The position numbers were made by a program, and so were the translations under genes. From Angustibacter luteus (GTDB taxonomy: Bacteria; Actinomycetota; Actinomycetes; Actinomycetales; Angustibacteraceae), in the NCBI RefSeq assembly GCF_039541115.1, contig NZ_BAABFP010000002.1, positions 124,001-188,000 of the forward strand: DNA of 64,000 bases, written 5' to 3'. Positions 42,781-52,398 of the stretch are shown here, one piece after another (positions within the stretch are counted from its first letter, which is position 1; each line of letters begins with the position of its first letter). The notes under the pieces were generated by a model. That model was not told where the DNA came from and searched no databases. It was given only the letters and a program-made list of their open reading frames with translations.

Positions 42781-44370
42781 TCAGCGGGGGGCGATGGCCT
42801 GGCGCATCAGGCCGTAGGAGATCGAGTCGACCAGCGCCTCCCAGGACGCCTCGACGATGTTCGCGGCCACGCCGACCGTCTCCCAGGACGACGACCCGTC
42901 GGAGGTCTCGATCAGCACCCGGGTCACGGCGTCCGACCCGTGCGCGGCGTCCAGGATGCGCACCCGGAAGTCGATGAGCTGCAGCTTGCGCAGCTCGGGG
43001 TAGGCCGGTGACAACGCCTCGCGCAGCGCGTGATCCAGGGCGTTGACCGGACCGTTGCCCTCCCCCGTCGCGACCACCCGGCGGCCTGCCGCGGTCACCT
43101 TCACGGTGGCCTCCGAGGTCGCCGTCGCGTCGCCGCGGGCGTCGGTGATGACCCGCCAGCTCTCGACGTCGAAGTAGCGCGCCCGCTCGCCGTCGACCTC
43201 GGCGCGCAGGAGCAGCTCGAACGAGGCGTCGGCGGCGTCGAACGTGTAGCCCTGCGCCTCCAACGCCTTGACCCTCTCGGTGACCCGGGCGAGCAGCTCG
43301 TCCTGGCCGGACAGGTCGTAGCCGAGCTCGCGTCCCTTGAGCTCGATGGACGCGCGGCCGGCCATCTCCGAGACCAGCGTGCGCATGTCGTTGCCGACCT
43401 GGGTGGGGTCGGTGTGCTGGTAGAGGTCCGGGTCGATCCGCAGCGCGCTGGCGTGCAGGCCGGCCTTGTGCGCGAACGCACTGGCCCCGACGTAGGGCTG
43501 GCGCGAGTAGGGAACGACGTTGGTGATCTCGCTGATCGCGTGCGCGATCCGGGTGGCTTCCTTGAGCCGCAACGGGTCCAGGACCGGCAGGCCCTGCTTG
43601 ATCACCAGGTTCGCGACCACCGTCACGAGGTCCGCGTTGCCGGTCCGCTCGCCGTAGCCGTTCAGGGTGCCCTGCACGTGCGTGGCACCGGCCTCGACGG
43701 CGGCGAGGGAGTTGGCGACGGCGCAGCCGGTGTCGTTGTGGCAGTGGATCCCCAGCCGGGCACCGGACGTCGAGAGCACCTCGTGCACCGTGTCGGCGAC
43801 CTGCGGGGGCAGCATCCCACCGTTGGTGTCGCAGAGGGTGATGACCTCGGCCCCGGCCTCGGCGGCGAGCCGCACCACCTCGAGCGCGTACTTCGGGTCG
43901 TCCTGGTAGCCGTCGAAGAAGTGCTCGGCGTCGAGCACCACGCGTCGACCCTCGCCGGCCAGGAACGAGACCGTGTCCCGGATCATCTCGAGGTTCTCGG
44001 CCGGCGTCGTGCGCAGCGCGTACTCGACGTGCCGCACGTGGCTCTTCGCGACCAGGGTCACCACCGGCGCCTGCGAGTCGAGCAATGCCCTGACCTGGGG
44101 GTCCGTCGCTGCTGTACCGCCCGGACGGCGGGTCGCGCCGAACGCGGCGAGCACGGCGTTGCGCAGCGAGAGCCGCTGCGCGGCGAGGGCGAAGAACTCG
44201 GTGTCCTTGGGGATCGCCCCGGGCCACCCACCCTCGATGAAGCCGACCCCCAGGTCATCCAGGTGCGCAGCGATCGCCAGCTTGTCGTGCACGGACAGCG
44301 CGAGCCCCTCCTGCTGGGCCCCGTCGCGCAGTGTCGTGTCGTAGACGTGGAAGTCGCTGCTGAGCGTCAC
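42781..44370 (-). CDS. cimA: Citramalate synthase
   Basis: YDTTLRDGAQQEG, IEGGWPG, DAEHFFDG, HCHNDTG, AHKAGLHAS, GNGPVNALD. Confidence 0.92.
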   Translation of the reverse strand: MTLSSDFHVYDTTLRDGAQQEGLALSVHDKLAIAAHLDDLGVGFIEGGWPGAIPKDTEFFALAAQRLSLRNAVLAAFGATRRPGGTAATDPQVRALLDSQAPVVTLVAKSHVRHVEYALRTTPAENLEMIRDTVSFLAGEGRRVVLDAEHFFDGYQDDPKYALEVVRLAAEAGAEVITLCDTNGGMLPPQVADTVHEVLSTSGARLGIHCHNDTGCAVANSLAAVEAGATHVQGTLNGYGERTGNADLVTVVANLVIKQGLPVLDPLRLKEATRIAHAISEITNVVPYSRQPYVGASAFAHKAGLHASALRIDPDLYQHTDPTQVGNDMRTLVSEMAGRASIELKGRELGYDLSGQDELLARVTERVKALEAQGYTFDAADASFELLLRAEVDGERARYFDVESWRVITDARGDATATSEATVKVTAAGRRVVATGEGNGPVNALDHALREALSPAYPELRKLQLIDFRVRILDAAHGSDAVTRVLIETSDGSSSWETVGVAANIVEASWEALVDSISYGLMRQAIAPR

Positions 44371-44420
44371 GGTCGTCCTGCTCTCTCATGTGCGGTGCGT
44401 ACCGAACCAGTCTGACAACG

Positions 44421-44448
44421 AAAAAGACCCCCCGGGCACGGGAGGTCT
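44421..44448 (-). terminator. Attenuator terminator upstream of cimA
   Basis: AGACCTCCCGTGCCCGGGGGGTCTTTTT on the minus strand, in the cimA 5' leader. Confidence 0.8.
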
Positions 44449-44484
44449 GGCGCGTCGTCGGACTCGAGCGTCCGGCGGCGCGCC

Positions 44485-44511
44485 TCACGTAATGATCCAC
44501 CTGGTCGGCAT
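44485..44511 (-). CDS. Putative cimA leader peptide MPTRWIIT
   Basis: ATG CCG ACC AGG TGG ATC ATT ACG TGA immediately upstream of a hairpin and the terminator. Confidence 0.65.
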   Translation of the reverse strand: MPTRWIIT

Positions 44512-44533
44512 AGCCCGGCCATCGTCGCACTCG

Positions 44534-44569
44534 TCCCACACCTTGACTACCCAATCTCGCCATCTGGAC
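44534..44569. promoter_or_regulatory. Paired putative IclR/NdgR-type sites upstream of the cimA leader
   Basis: TCCCA-n5-TGACT (44534) and TCTCG-n5-TGGAC (44555). Confidence 0.55.
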
Positions 44570-45278
44570 CGGCCGCCGTGACCAGGGCCCGGAACAGCCG
44601 CGGGTCCGAGCCCACCTCAGGGTGCCACTGGACGCCGATCCGCCACCGTGCGCCCGCTGCCTCGATACCTTCCAGCACACCGTCGTCCGCCCACGCCGTG
44701 GGCTCGTAGCCGGGATGGCTGGCGACGCCCTGGTGGTGGTACGTCGGCACCGTCAGCCGCTCCCCGAGCACAGTCCGCAGCCGCGAGCCGTCCGCCGTCC
44801 GGACGCCGTGCTCGCCGTACCGTCCCGGTGCCGGCGAGTGGTCGTCGTGTCCGAGCCGGTCCGGCAGGTGCTGCTCGAGCGCACCGCCGGCGGCGACCGC
44901 CATCACCTGCATGCCGCGGCAGATGCCCAGCAACGGCAGGTCCGCCTCGACCGCCGCCCGGACGAGCGCTACCTCGGCGTCGTCCCGGTCGGGGCGCGGT
45001 GGTTGCAGCACCGCGTGCGGCGGCTCGCCGTAGCGAGCCGGGTCCACATCGGCCCCGCCGGCCACGACCAGCGCGTCCAGGACGTCGACCAGCTCCCGCG
45101 CGGCGCCGTCCGCGAGGTCGCGCTCCGGGGGGACGAGGAGCACGCGAGCCCCGGCGGCCCGCAGGGCGTCGACGTAGGCCTGCGGCACCAGCACCGCCGG
45201 GACGTCGCGCCAGACCCCCCAGGACGCCGGCTCGGCGTAGCAGGTGAGTCCGACGAGCGGCCTCACGGTGGTCCTCAC
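44547..45278 (-). CDS. Gamma-glutamyl amidohydrolase (peptidase C26, PuuD-like)
   Basis: GGADVDP, LGICRGMQ, HHQ, GVQWHPE. Confidence 0.9.
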   Translation of the reverse strand: MRTTVRPLVGLTCYAEPASWGVWRDVPAVLVPQAYVDALRAAGARVLLVPPERDLADGAARELVDVLDALVVAGGADVDPARYGEPPHAVLQPPRPDRDDAEVALVRAAVEADLPLLGICRGMQVMAVAAGGALEQHLPDRLGHDDHSPAPGRYGEHGVRTADGSRLRTVLGERLTVPTYHHQGVASHPGYEPTAWADDGVLEGIEAAGARWRIGVQWHPEVGSDPRLFRALVTAAGPDGEIG

Positions 45279-46042
45279 AACGGCGTCACGTACGCGCCGC
45301 TGATCCCGCCGTCCACCATGAACTGCGACGCGGTGATGAAGCTCGAGTCGTCGCTGGCCAGGAAGGCCACGGCGGCGGCCATCTCGTCGGGCTCGGCGAA
45401 CCGGCCGAGCGGGATGTGCACCAGGCGCCGCGCGGCGCGCTCGGGATCCTTGGCGAACAGCTCCTGCAGCAGCGGGGTGTTCACCGGGCCCGGGCACAGC
45501 GCGTTGACCCGCACGCCCTGCCGGGCGAACTGCACCCCCAGCTCGCGGGACATCGACAGCACGCCGCCCTTGCTCGCGGTGTAGGAGATCTGCGAGGTGG
45601 CCGCCCCCATCACCGCCACGAACGACGCCGTGTTGATGATCGAGCCCTTGCCCTGCTCGAGCATGTAGGGCAGCGCGGCCTTGCAGCACAGGTACACCGA
45701 CGTGAGGTTCACGTCCTGCACCCGGCGCCAGGCCTCGATCCCGGTGTCCAGGATCGAGTCGTCGTCCGGCGGCGAGATGCCCGCGTTGTTGAACGCGACG
45801 TCCACGCTGCCGTAGGTGTCCTTCGCGGCCCGGAACAGCGCGTCGACCTGGTCCGCGTCCGTGACGTCGCAGTGCCGGTAGAGGCCCTCGACCTCCTCCG
45901 CGACCTCGCGTCCCCGGGCATCGTCCAAGTCGCCGATGACCACCCGCGCGCCCTCCTGGGCGAACCGGCGCACCGTGGCCAGACCGATGCCGCTGCACCC
46001 GCCGGTGACCACGCAGACCCTCCCTGCCAACCGCCCTGCCAT
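45275..46042 (-). CDS. Short-chain dehydrogenase/reductase
   Basis: TGGCSGIG, NNAGI, YTASKGG. Confidence 0.92.
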   Translation of the reverse strand: MAGRLAGRVCVVTGGCSGIGLATVRRFAQEGARVVIGDLDDARGREVAEEVEGLYRHCDVTDADQVDALFRAAKDTYGSVDVAFNNAGISPPDDDSILDTGIEAWRRVQDVNLTSVYLCCKAALPYMLEQGKGSIINTASFVAVMGAATSQISYTASKGGVLSMSRELGVQFARQGVRVNALCPGPVNTPLLQELFAKDPERAARRLVHIPLGRFAEPDEMAAAVAFLASDDSSFITASQFMVDGGISGAYVTPL

Positions 46043-46060
46043 CGTCGTCCTCCCCATGCC

Positions 46061-47449
46061 TCAGTCGTTCGTCGCGATGAACACGTTCTTGACCTCGGTG
46101 AACGAGTCCAGGGCGTCCGGCCCCAGCTCGCGTCCCAGGCCGGACTGCTTGAAGCCACCGAACGGCGTGGAGTACCGCACGGACGAGTGCGAGTTCACCG
46201 AGAGGTTGCCGGCCTCGATGCCGCGGGCGACGCGCAGCGCCCGGCCCACGTCCCGGGTCCAGATCGACCCGGACAGCCCGTAGGCGGTGTCGTTGGCCAT
46301 CGCGACCGCGTCACCATCGTCCTCGAACGGGAGCACCGCGACGACGGGCCCGAACACCTCCTCGCGCCACACGGCGTCCTGCACCGACCGCGGCTGGACG
46401 ACTGTCGGCGGGTACCAGTAGCCCGCACCCTCCGGTGCCGATCCCCGGAAGAGGACGTCGACGGACTCGCTCGCGCCCTCGACGAACGAACGGACCCGCT
46501 CGCGCTGGCCGGCGCTGATCAGCGGACCCATCTCGGCGTCCTCGGACGACGGGTCCATCACCCGGACCCCGTGCACGGCGGTCTCGAACAGCGCCATGAA
46601 CTGGTCGAACACGCTGCGCTGCACCAGGATCCGGCTGCGGGCGCAGCAGTCCTGGCCGGCGTTGTCGAACACCGCGTACGGCGCGGTCGCGGCGGCCCGC
46701 TCGAGGTCGGCGTCCGCGAACACGACGTTCGCGGACTTGCCGCCCAGCTCGAGGGTGACCCGCTTGACCTGGTCGGCAGCGCCGCGCATGATCCGCTGCC
46801 CGACGGCGGTGGAGCCGGTGAAGCAGACCTTGCGCACCAACGGGTTCGTGACGAACCGCTCCCCCACCACCGAGCCCTGGCCAGGCAGGATCGTGAGCAC
46901 GTGCTCGGGCAGGCCGGCCTCGAGCGCGAGCTCGCCCAGCCGGATGGCAGTCAGCGGGGTCAGCTCGGCGGGCTTCAGGACGACGGCGTTGCCGGCCGCC
47001 AGCGCGGGCGCGAACCCCCAGCCGGCGATCGGCATCGGGAAGTTCCAGGGCACGATCACGCCGACGACGCCGAGCGGCTCCTTGAACGTGACGTCGAGGC
47101 CGTCGGCGACCGGGATCTGCCGTCCGAACAGCCGCTCCGGCGCCGCGCTGTAGTAGGCCAGCACGTCCCGGACGTTGCCCGCCTCCCAGCGCGCGTTGCC
47201 CAACGTGTGGCCCGCCCCGCGCACCTCGAGCCGGGCGAGCTCCTCGACGTGGGCGTCCACCACCTCGGCGAACCGGCGCAGCAGCCGGCCGCGGTCGGCT
47301 GGCGCCAGGCGCGCCCAGGTCCGCTGCGCCGCGGCCGCCGACTCGATCGCGCGGTCGGTCTGCTCGACGTCGACGAGGGCGACGGTCTCGACCAGGGCCT
47401 CGGTGGCCGGGTCCAGGACGTCGTGGCTGGTGTGCAGGGCCTGCGACAT
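46061..47449 (-). CDS. Aldehyde dehydrogenase
   Basis: PWNFP, FTGST, LELGGKS, NAGQDCCA, EEVFGPV, PFGGFKQSG. Confidence 0.95.
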   Translation of the reverse strand: MSQALHTSHDVLDPATEALVETVALVDVEQTDRAIESAAAAQRTWARLAPADRGRLLRRFAEVVDAHVEELARLEVRGAGHTLGNARWEAGNVRDVLAYYSAAPERLFGRQIPVADGLDVTFKEPLGVVGVIVPWNFPMPIAGWGFAPALAAGNAVVLKPAELTPLTAIRLGELALEAGLPEHVLTILPGQGSVVGERFVTNPLVRKVCFTGSTAVGQRIMRGAADQVKRVTLELGGKSANVVFADADLERAAATAPYAVFDNAGQDCCARSRILVQRSVFDQFMALFETAVHGVRVMDPSSEDAEMGPLISAGQRERVRSFVEGASESVDVLFRGSAPEGAGYWYPPTVVQPRSVQDAVWREEVFGPVVAVLPFEDDGDAVAMANDTAYGLSGSIWTRDVGRALRVARGIEAGNLSVNSHSSVRYSTPFGGFKQSGLGRELGPDALDSFTEVKNVFIATND

Positions 47450-47451
47450 CG

Positions 47452-48807
47452 TCACAGCCTCTCGAACCCGCGGAAGCGCTCCCAGTCGGTCACCGCCGCG
47501 TCGAAGGCGGCGAGCTCGACGTCCGCCGCGTTGAGGTAGTGGTCGACGACGTCGTCGCCGAAGGCCGACCGGGCCACCGCAGAGGCGTCGAAGAGCTCGC
47601 GCGCAGCCCGCAGGGTGGAGGGCACCTTGGGCTTGTCCGAGGCGTAGGCGTTGCCCTCGAACGCCGGCTCCAGCTCGAGCCCGTTCTCGATGCCGTGCAG
47701 CCCGCCGGCCAGCATCGCAGCGGTGGCCAGGTACGGGTTGACGTCGCCGCCGGGGAGCCGGTTCTCCAGCCGCAGGCCGGCGCCGTGGCCGACGACGCGC
47801 AGCGAGCAGGTGCGGTTGTCCCGACCCCAGGCCGCGGTGGTCGGCGCGAACGAACCGGGCGCGAACCGCTTGTAGGAGTTGATGTTCGGCGCGTAGAAGA
47901 GCGTCAGCTCGGGCAGCGTCGCCAGCACCCCCGCGACGAACTGCTCGAACACCTCGGTCGGGCCGGAGCCCTCGTCGAACACGATGGCCCCGTCGGTGCC
48001 GCGCAGGCTCATGTGGATGTGGCACGAGTTGCCCTCGCGCTCGTCGAACTTGGCCATGAACGTCAAGGACTTGCCGTGCAGGGCCGCGATCTCCTTCGCG
48101 CCGGTCTTGTAGACGCTGTGGTTGTCGGAGGTGCGCAGCACGTCGTCGTACCGGAAGGCGATCTCGTGCTGGCCCAGGTTGCACTCCCCCTTGGCCGACT
48201 CGACGGTCAGCCCGGCGGCGTCCATGTTCCGGCGGATGTCGCGCAGCAGCGGCTCGACCCGGGTGCCGCCGAGGATCGAGTAGTCCACGTTGTACCGGTT
48301 GGCCGGCGTGAGGTTGCGGTACGCGCCGTCCCAGGCCTGCTCGTACGTCGTGTCGTAGACCATCAACTCCAGCTCAGTGCCCGCCAGTGCGGCGTAGCCG
48401 AGGTCGTCGGCCCGCTCGACCTGTCGCCGCAGCACCCGCCGCGGGGACTGCTCGACCGGACCGCCGTCGATCCAGGCCAGGTCGCACTGCACCATGGCCG
48501 AGCCCGGCACCCACGGCGTCAGGCGCAGGGTGGACATGTCCAGCACGAACTCCATGTCGCCGTAGCCGGTGCTCCAGGAGCTGATCGCGTAGCCGTCGAC
48601 GGTGTTCATGTCGACATCCACGGCCAGCAGGTAGTTGCAGCCCTCGGTGCCGTGCTCGAGCACGGTGTCCAGGAAGAACGGCGCGTGGATCCGCTTGCCC
48701 TGCAGGCGTCCCTGCATGTCGGTGAACACCACGGCCACGGTGTCCACGTCGCCGTTGCTCACCCGCCGGCGCAGCTCGCCGATGGTCAGGGTCGGGGTGG
48801 GCGTCAT
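47452..48807 (-). CDS. Glutamine-synthetase-like gamma-glutamylamide synthetase (GlnA4 type)
   Basis: DMQGRLQGKR, ECNLGQHE, GNSCHIH, NSYKRF, DNRTCSLR, ENRLPGGDVNPY, DWERFRGFERL. Confidence 0.88.
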   Translation of the reverse strand: MTPTPTLTIGELRRRVSNGDVDTVAVVFTDMQGRLQGKRIHAPFFLDTVLEHGTEGCNYLLAVDVDMNTVDGYAISSWSTGYGDMEFVLDMSTLRLTPWVPGSAMVQCDLAWIDGGPVEQSPRRVLRRQVERADDLGYAALAGTELELMVYDTTYEQAWDGAYRNLTPANRYNVDYSILGGTRVEPLLRDIRRNMDAAGLTVESAKGECNLGQHEIAFRYDDVLRTSDNHSVYKTGAKEIAALHGKSLTFMAKFDEREGNSCHIHMSLRGTDGAIVFDEGSGPTEVFEQFVAGVLATLPELTLFYAPNINSYKRFAPGSFAPTTAAWGRDNRTCSLRVVGHGAGLRLENRLPGGDVNPYLATAAMLAGGLHGIENGLELEPAFEGNAYASDKPKVPSTLRAARELFDASAVARSAFGDDVVDHYLNAADVELAAFDAAVTDWERFRGFERL

Positions 48808-48829
48808 GGTGCTCCTCTCGGGCGTTCGC

Positions 48830-49594
48830 TCAGGCCAGCAGACCACGCAGCAGCGCGGACGTCGCGTCGCAGTGCTGCTCCATGGCCAGCCTGGCACCCT
48901 GGGGGTCGCCGGACAGCACCGCGTCCACCACCGCACGGTGCTGGGCGTTGGAGTGGCCGATGTTGGTGGCCAGGACCGGGATGGCAGTGAGCATGTCGTG
49001 CACCATGGCCTGCACCTGGGTGACCGCCGCGACGAGCAGGTCCGAGCCCGACACGGTCGCCAGGGCAAGGTGCAGCCGCGAGTCCGCCTGCCGGTGCTCG
49101 GCCACGTCCGCCGCCTGCTCGACGGCAACCCGGCTGGCGACCAGCCACTGCCGCTGGTCGGCGCTCAGCTCGCGGGACGCGGCCAGCGCCGCGGCCCCGG
49201 GCTCGACCACCCGGCGGTAGTCCAGCGCGTCCCGGATCTGCGCGGAGTCCATGCCGCGCAACGCCTCGGGCGTGGACGCCGGGTCCGGGCCGCGGTAGAT
49301 CACCACCGTGCCGCCGCCCCGACCGCGCCGGGTCTGCACCATGCCCGCGTCGCGCAGCGCGGCGATGGCCTCGCGCAGCGTCGAGCGGCTCACCCCGAGC
49401 GTCTCGGCGAGCTCGCGCTCGGGCGGCAGGTGCTGCCCGGGCGCGAACACCCCGAGCCGCACGCTGGTGGCCAGCTGCTCGACGGTCGCCTCGAACGCGT
49501 TACCGTCGCGCACCGGTCGCAGCACTGCTTGCGGCAACCGGTGCGCGGACGGCTCCGCGCCGACACCCCCTGTCCCCTGCCCGGCGGGTGTCAC
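48830..49594 (-). CDS. GntR/FadR-family regulator (start uncertain)
   Basis: LPPERELAETLGVSRSTLREA wHTH plus FCD domain. Confidence 0.9.
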   Translation of the reverse strand: MTPAGQGTGGVGAEPSAHRLPQAVLRPVRDGNAFEATVEQLATSVRLGVFAPGQHLPPERELAETLGVSRSTLREAIAALRDAGMVQTRRGRGGGTVVIYRGPDPASTPEALRGMDSAQIRDALDYRRVVEPGAAALAASRELSADQRQWLVASRVAVEQAADVAEHRQADSRLHLALATVSGSDLLVAAVTQVQAMVHDMLTAIPVLATNIGHSNAQHRAVVDAVLSGDPQGARLAMEQHCDATSALLRGLLA

Positions 49595-51111
49595 GACCCG
49601 AAGATCTCCGTGGCGGCCTTGGTGTCGTGCCCGCCCGGGACGTCCTTCATGAAGTGCTTGCGACCGCCGGCGAACCACGTGACCGTCGCGAAGACCAGGA
49701 CGACGGCCACCGCCACGGGCGCGTAGTTGAAGCTGAGGCTGTTCACCGGTGACACGGGCGGCAGCATGAACAGGATCACGATGAAGCAGACCCAGACGAC
49801 CGCGATCCAACCGATCGGCGCGCTCCACTTGCCGAGGCTCCACGGACCAGGCGCGAAGTCCGGGTTGCGGCGGCGCAGGAACACCGGCACGACGTAGGCG
49901 ATGTACAGCCCGATGACCGCGATCGACGTGACGGCGAGGTACGCCACGACGCTGTGCAGGGCCGGCAGTGCCAGCACGATGGAGCAGGTCACGCACAGCC
50001 AGATCGAGTTCGTCGGCGTGCCGGTGCGCGGGTTGACCTTCGCCCACAGCCGCGAGCCCGGCAACGCGTTGTCCCGGCTGAACGCGAAGGACATCCGCGA
50101 GTTGGCCGTGACCGAGGCCATCCCGCAGAAGAACTGCGCGACCGCGCAGATCGCCAGCAGGAACTCACCGGTGTGCCGGCCGGCCGCGTCGATGAAGATC
50201 TGTGCCGGGGGCAGTCCGGTGGCGCTGGTGCGCGCGCCCTCGTAGCTCTGGATCGCTGCCGTGACGGCGACCAGCAGCACCCAGCCCGCCAGGATCGAGA
50301 CCCAGACGCTGGACACCAGGCCCTTGGGCGCCGAGATCGAGGCTCCCCTGGTCTCCTCCGCCACGTGCGCCGAGGCGTCGTAGCCGGTGTAGGTGTACTG
50401 GGCCATCAGCAGGCCGATCAGGAACACGTAGATCGGTGCGCTCCACCCGGTGTGGTTCTCGTAGTGGGTGAACGTCCAGGACAGCGACTGGTGCTGGTCC
50501 GGCACGAAAACGAGCACGGCCACGATGATCGCGACACCGGCCAGGTGCCACCAGGCGCTGATGCTGCACAGCAGCTTGACCAGGTTCACACCGAAGGTGT
50601 TCAGCAGCCCGTGCAGCAGGATGATGACCACGAAGGCGACGAACGTGCTGTTGAGCGAGACACTCACCCCGAACACGAGGTTGAGCAGGGCCATCCAGGT
50701 CACCGCGGCGCCGTAGTCGATAGCGGCGGTGACGGCGACCTCGCCCATGAAGTTGAACCAGCCGACGTACCAGGCCCAGACAGCCTTGTTGTTCTTGGCC
50801 AGCCGCCCCGCCCAGTAGTACAGGCCGCCGGCGGTCGGGTAGACCGAGCACACCTCGGCCATCGCGAGCGCGACGCACAGCACAAACAGGCCGACGAGCG
50901 GCCAGCCGATGGTGATCGCGATCGGCCCCCCTGCGTTCATCGCGATCAGGTACGAGGTGATGCACCCGGCGAGCACCGAGATGATCGAGAACGAGACGGC
51001 GAAGTTCGAGAAGCCCGACATCCCCCGATGCAGCTCCTGCTTGTACCCCAGCTCGGCGAGCGCCCGCGAGTCGTCGTCCAGGCCGTCGTGGTCCAGCACG
51101 CTGTCAGCCAT
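49591..51111 (-). CDS. APC-family amino acid/amine permease
   Basis: LGYKQELHR, NFAVSFSIIS, PTAGGLY, GYDASAHVAEET; about 12 TM segments. Confidence 0.9.
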   Translation of the reverse strand: MADSVLDHDGLDDDSRALAELGYKQELHRGMSGFSNFAVSFSIISVLAGCITSYLIAMNAGGPIAITIGWPLVGLFVLCVALAMAEVCSVYPTAGGLYYWAGRLAKNNKAVWAWYVGWFNFMGEVAVTAAIDYGAAVTWMALLNLVFGVSVSLNSTFVAFVVIILLHGLLNTFGVNLVKLLCSISAWWHLAGVAIIVAVLVFVPDQHQSLSWTFTHYENHTGWSAPIYVFLIGLLMAQYTYTGYDASAHVAEETRGASISAPKGLVSSVWVSILAGWVLLVAVTAAIQSYEGARTSATGLPPAQIFIDAAGRHTGEFLLAICAVAQFFCGMASVTANSRMSFAFSRDNALPGSRLWAKVNPRTGTPTNSIWLCVTCSIVLALPALHSVVAYLAVTSIAVIGLYIAYVVPVFLRRRNPDFAPGPWSLGKWSAPIGWIAVVWVCFIVILFMLPPVSPVNSLSFNYAPVAVAVVLVFATVTWFAGGRKHFMKDVPGGHDTKAATEIFGS

Positions 51112-51196
51112 GTGCCCATCCCAAAGAACGGGGACCAGACCAGGGAGGGCCCAGTCACTAGAGCACTGGATCTTGCTCCTCGCACGACAGCGGCGT

Positions 51197-51220
51197 CAAT
51201 GGTTTGCTCCCGGACCTTTG
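51197..51220. promoter_or_regulatory. Possible FadR-type operator upstream of the permease operon
   Basis: Imperfect palindrome CAATGGTTTG-CTCC-CGGACCTTTG. Confidence 0.4.
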
Positions 51221-51234
51221 CAGGTCCGCACAGC

Positions 51235-52323
51235 TCAGACCAGGCGGTGCATCCAGCCGCGGTCGTCGGCGGACCGGCCGTACTGCAGGTCCAGCAGGGC
51301 GGCCCGCACCGACGCCGTCACCGGCCCGGTCTCGCCGCCGCCGATCACGGTCTCGCCGTCGGGCTCGGCCAGCAGGCCGACCGGGGTCACGACCGCGGCC
51401 GTCCCGCAGGCGAAGACCTCGCGGATCCGGCCGGACGCCGCACCCTCACGCCACTCGTCGATGGAGATCCGGCGCTCGTCCACCTTGTGTCCGGCGTCGT
51501 CCAGCAGGGTCAGGATCGAGTCCCGGGTGACGCCCTCGAGGATCGTGCCGGTCAGCTCCGGGGTGACCACGGTGCCGTCGTCCTGCACGAAGTAGAGGTT
51601 CATCCCGCCGAGCTCCTCGACCCACTTGCGCTCGACCGCGTCGAGGAAGCAGACCTGGTCGCAGCCGCGCTCGATGGCCTCGACCTGCGCCGCCAGGCTG
51701 GCCGCGTAGTTGCCGCCGCACTTCGCTGCGCCGGTGCCGCCGGGCGCCGAGCGGGTGTACTCGCTGGACAGCCAGATCCGCACCGGCTTGACCCCGCCGG
51801 CAAAGTAGGGACCGGCCGGGGACGCGATGACGCAGAACGTGATCTCGGCCGCCGGCCGCACGCCCAGGAACGCCTCGGAGGCGAACATGAACGGCCGCAG
51901 GTACAGGCTCGCCTCGCCGCCGGACGGCTCCGGCACCCAGTCGGCGTCCGCGGACACCAGCGACCGCACCGCCTCGAGGAAGTCCTCGGCGGGCAGCTCG
52001 GGCAGAGCCAGTCGGCGGGCCGAGCGCTGGAACCGGGCGGCGTTCTGATCGGGACGGAACGCCCAGATCGACCCGTCGGCGTGCCGGTAGGCCTTCATCC
52101 CCTCGAAGATCTCCTGCGCGTAGTGCAGCACCGCGGCGGAGGGGTCGAGCTGGATCGGGCCGTAGGGCTTGACCTGGGCGTCGTGCCAGCCGTCGGCCGG
52201 CGTCCAGGTCACCGTCACCATGTGGTCCGTGAAGTGCTTGCCGAAGCCAGGCGACGACAGGATCTGAGCACGCTCGGACTCTGGGCGCGGGCTCGTGGCG
52301 GGGGTCAAGGAGAACTCGAGCAT
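51235..52323 (-). CDS. ilvE: Branched-chain amino acid aminotransferase
   Basis: LHYAQEIFEGMKAY, AKCGGNY, EELGGMN, ILEGVTRDS, GTAAVVTP. Confidence 0.96.
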   Translation of the reverse strand: MLEFSLTPATSPRPESERAQILSSPGFGKHFTDHMVTVTWTPADGWHDAQVKPYGPIQLDPSAAVLHYAQEIFEGMKAYRHADGSIWAFRPDQNAARFQRSARRLALPELPAEDFLEAVRSLVSADADWVPEPSGGEASLYLRPFMFASEAFLGVRPAAEITFCVIASPAGPYFAGGVKPVRIWLSSEYTRSAPGGTGAAKCGGNYAASLAAQVEAIERGCDQVCFLDAVERKWVEELGGMNLYFVQDDGTVVTPELTGTILEGVTRDSILTLLDDAGHKVDERRISIDEWREGAASGRIREVFACGTAAVVTPVGLLAEPDGETVIGGGETGPVTASVRAALLDLQYGRSADDRGWMHRLV

Positions 52324-52398
52324 GTTCGGACGCTACCGCACCCGCGAAGGGGGTGTGCAGGGCTCAAGACCCATCGTTGTCAGTCCGATAAGTGCCCT

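Noticed and set aside
47452..48807. Calling this gene glnA (glutamine synthetase)
   Set aside because: Its context (C26 hydrolase, ALDH, SDR, permease) indicates a gamma-glutamylamide ligase.
49954..52398. N-terminal ~815 aa of the 1173-aa plus-strand ORF
   Set aside because: Antisense to the permease and ilvE; only the last ~350 aa (GGDEF protein) look like real coding sequence.
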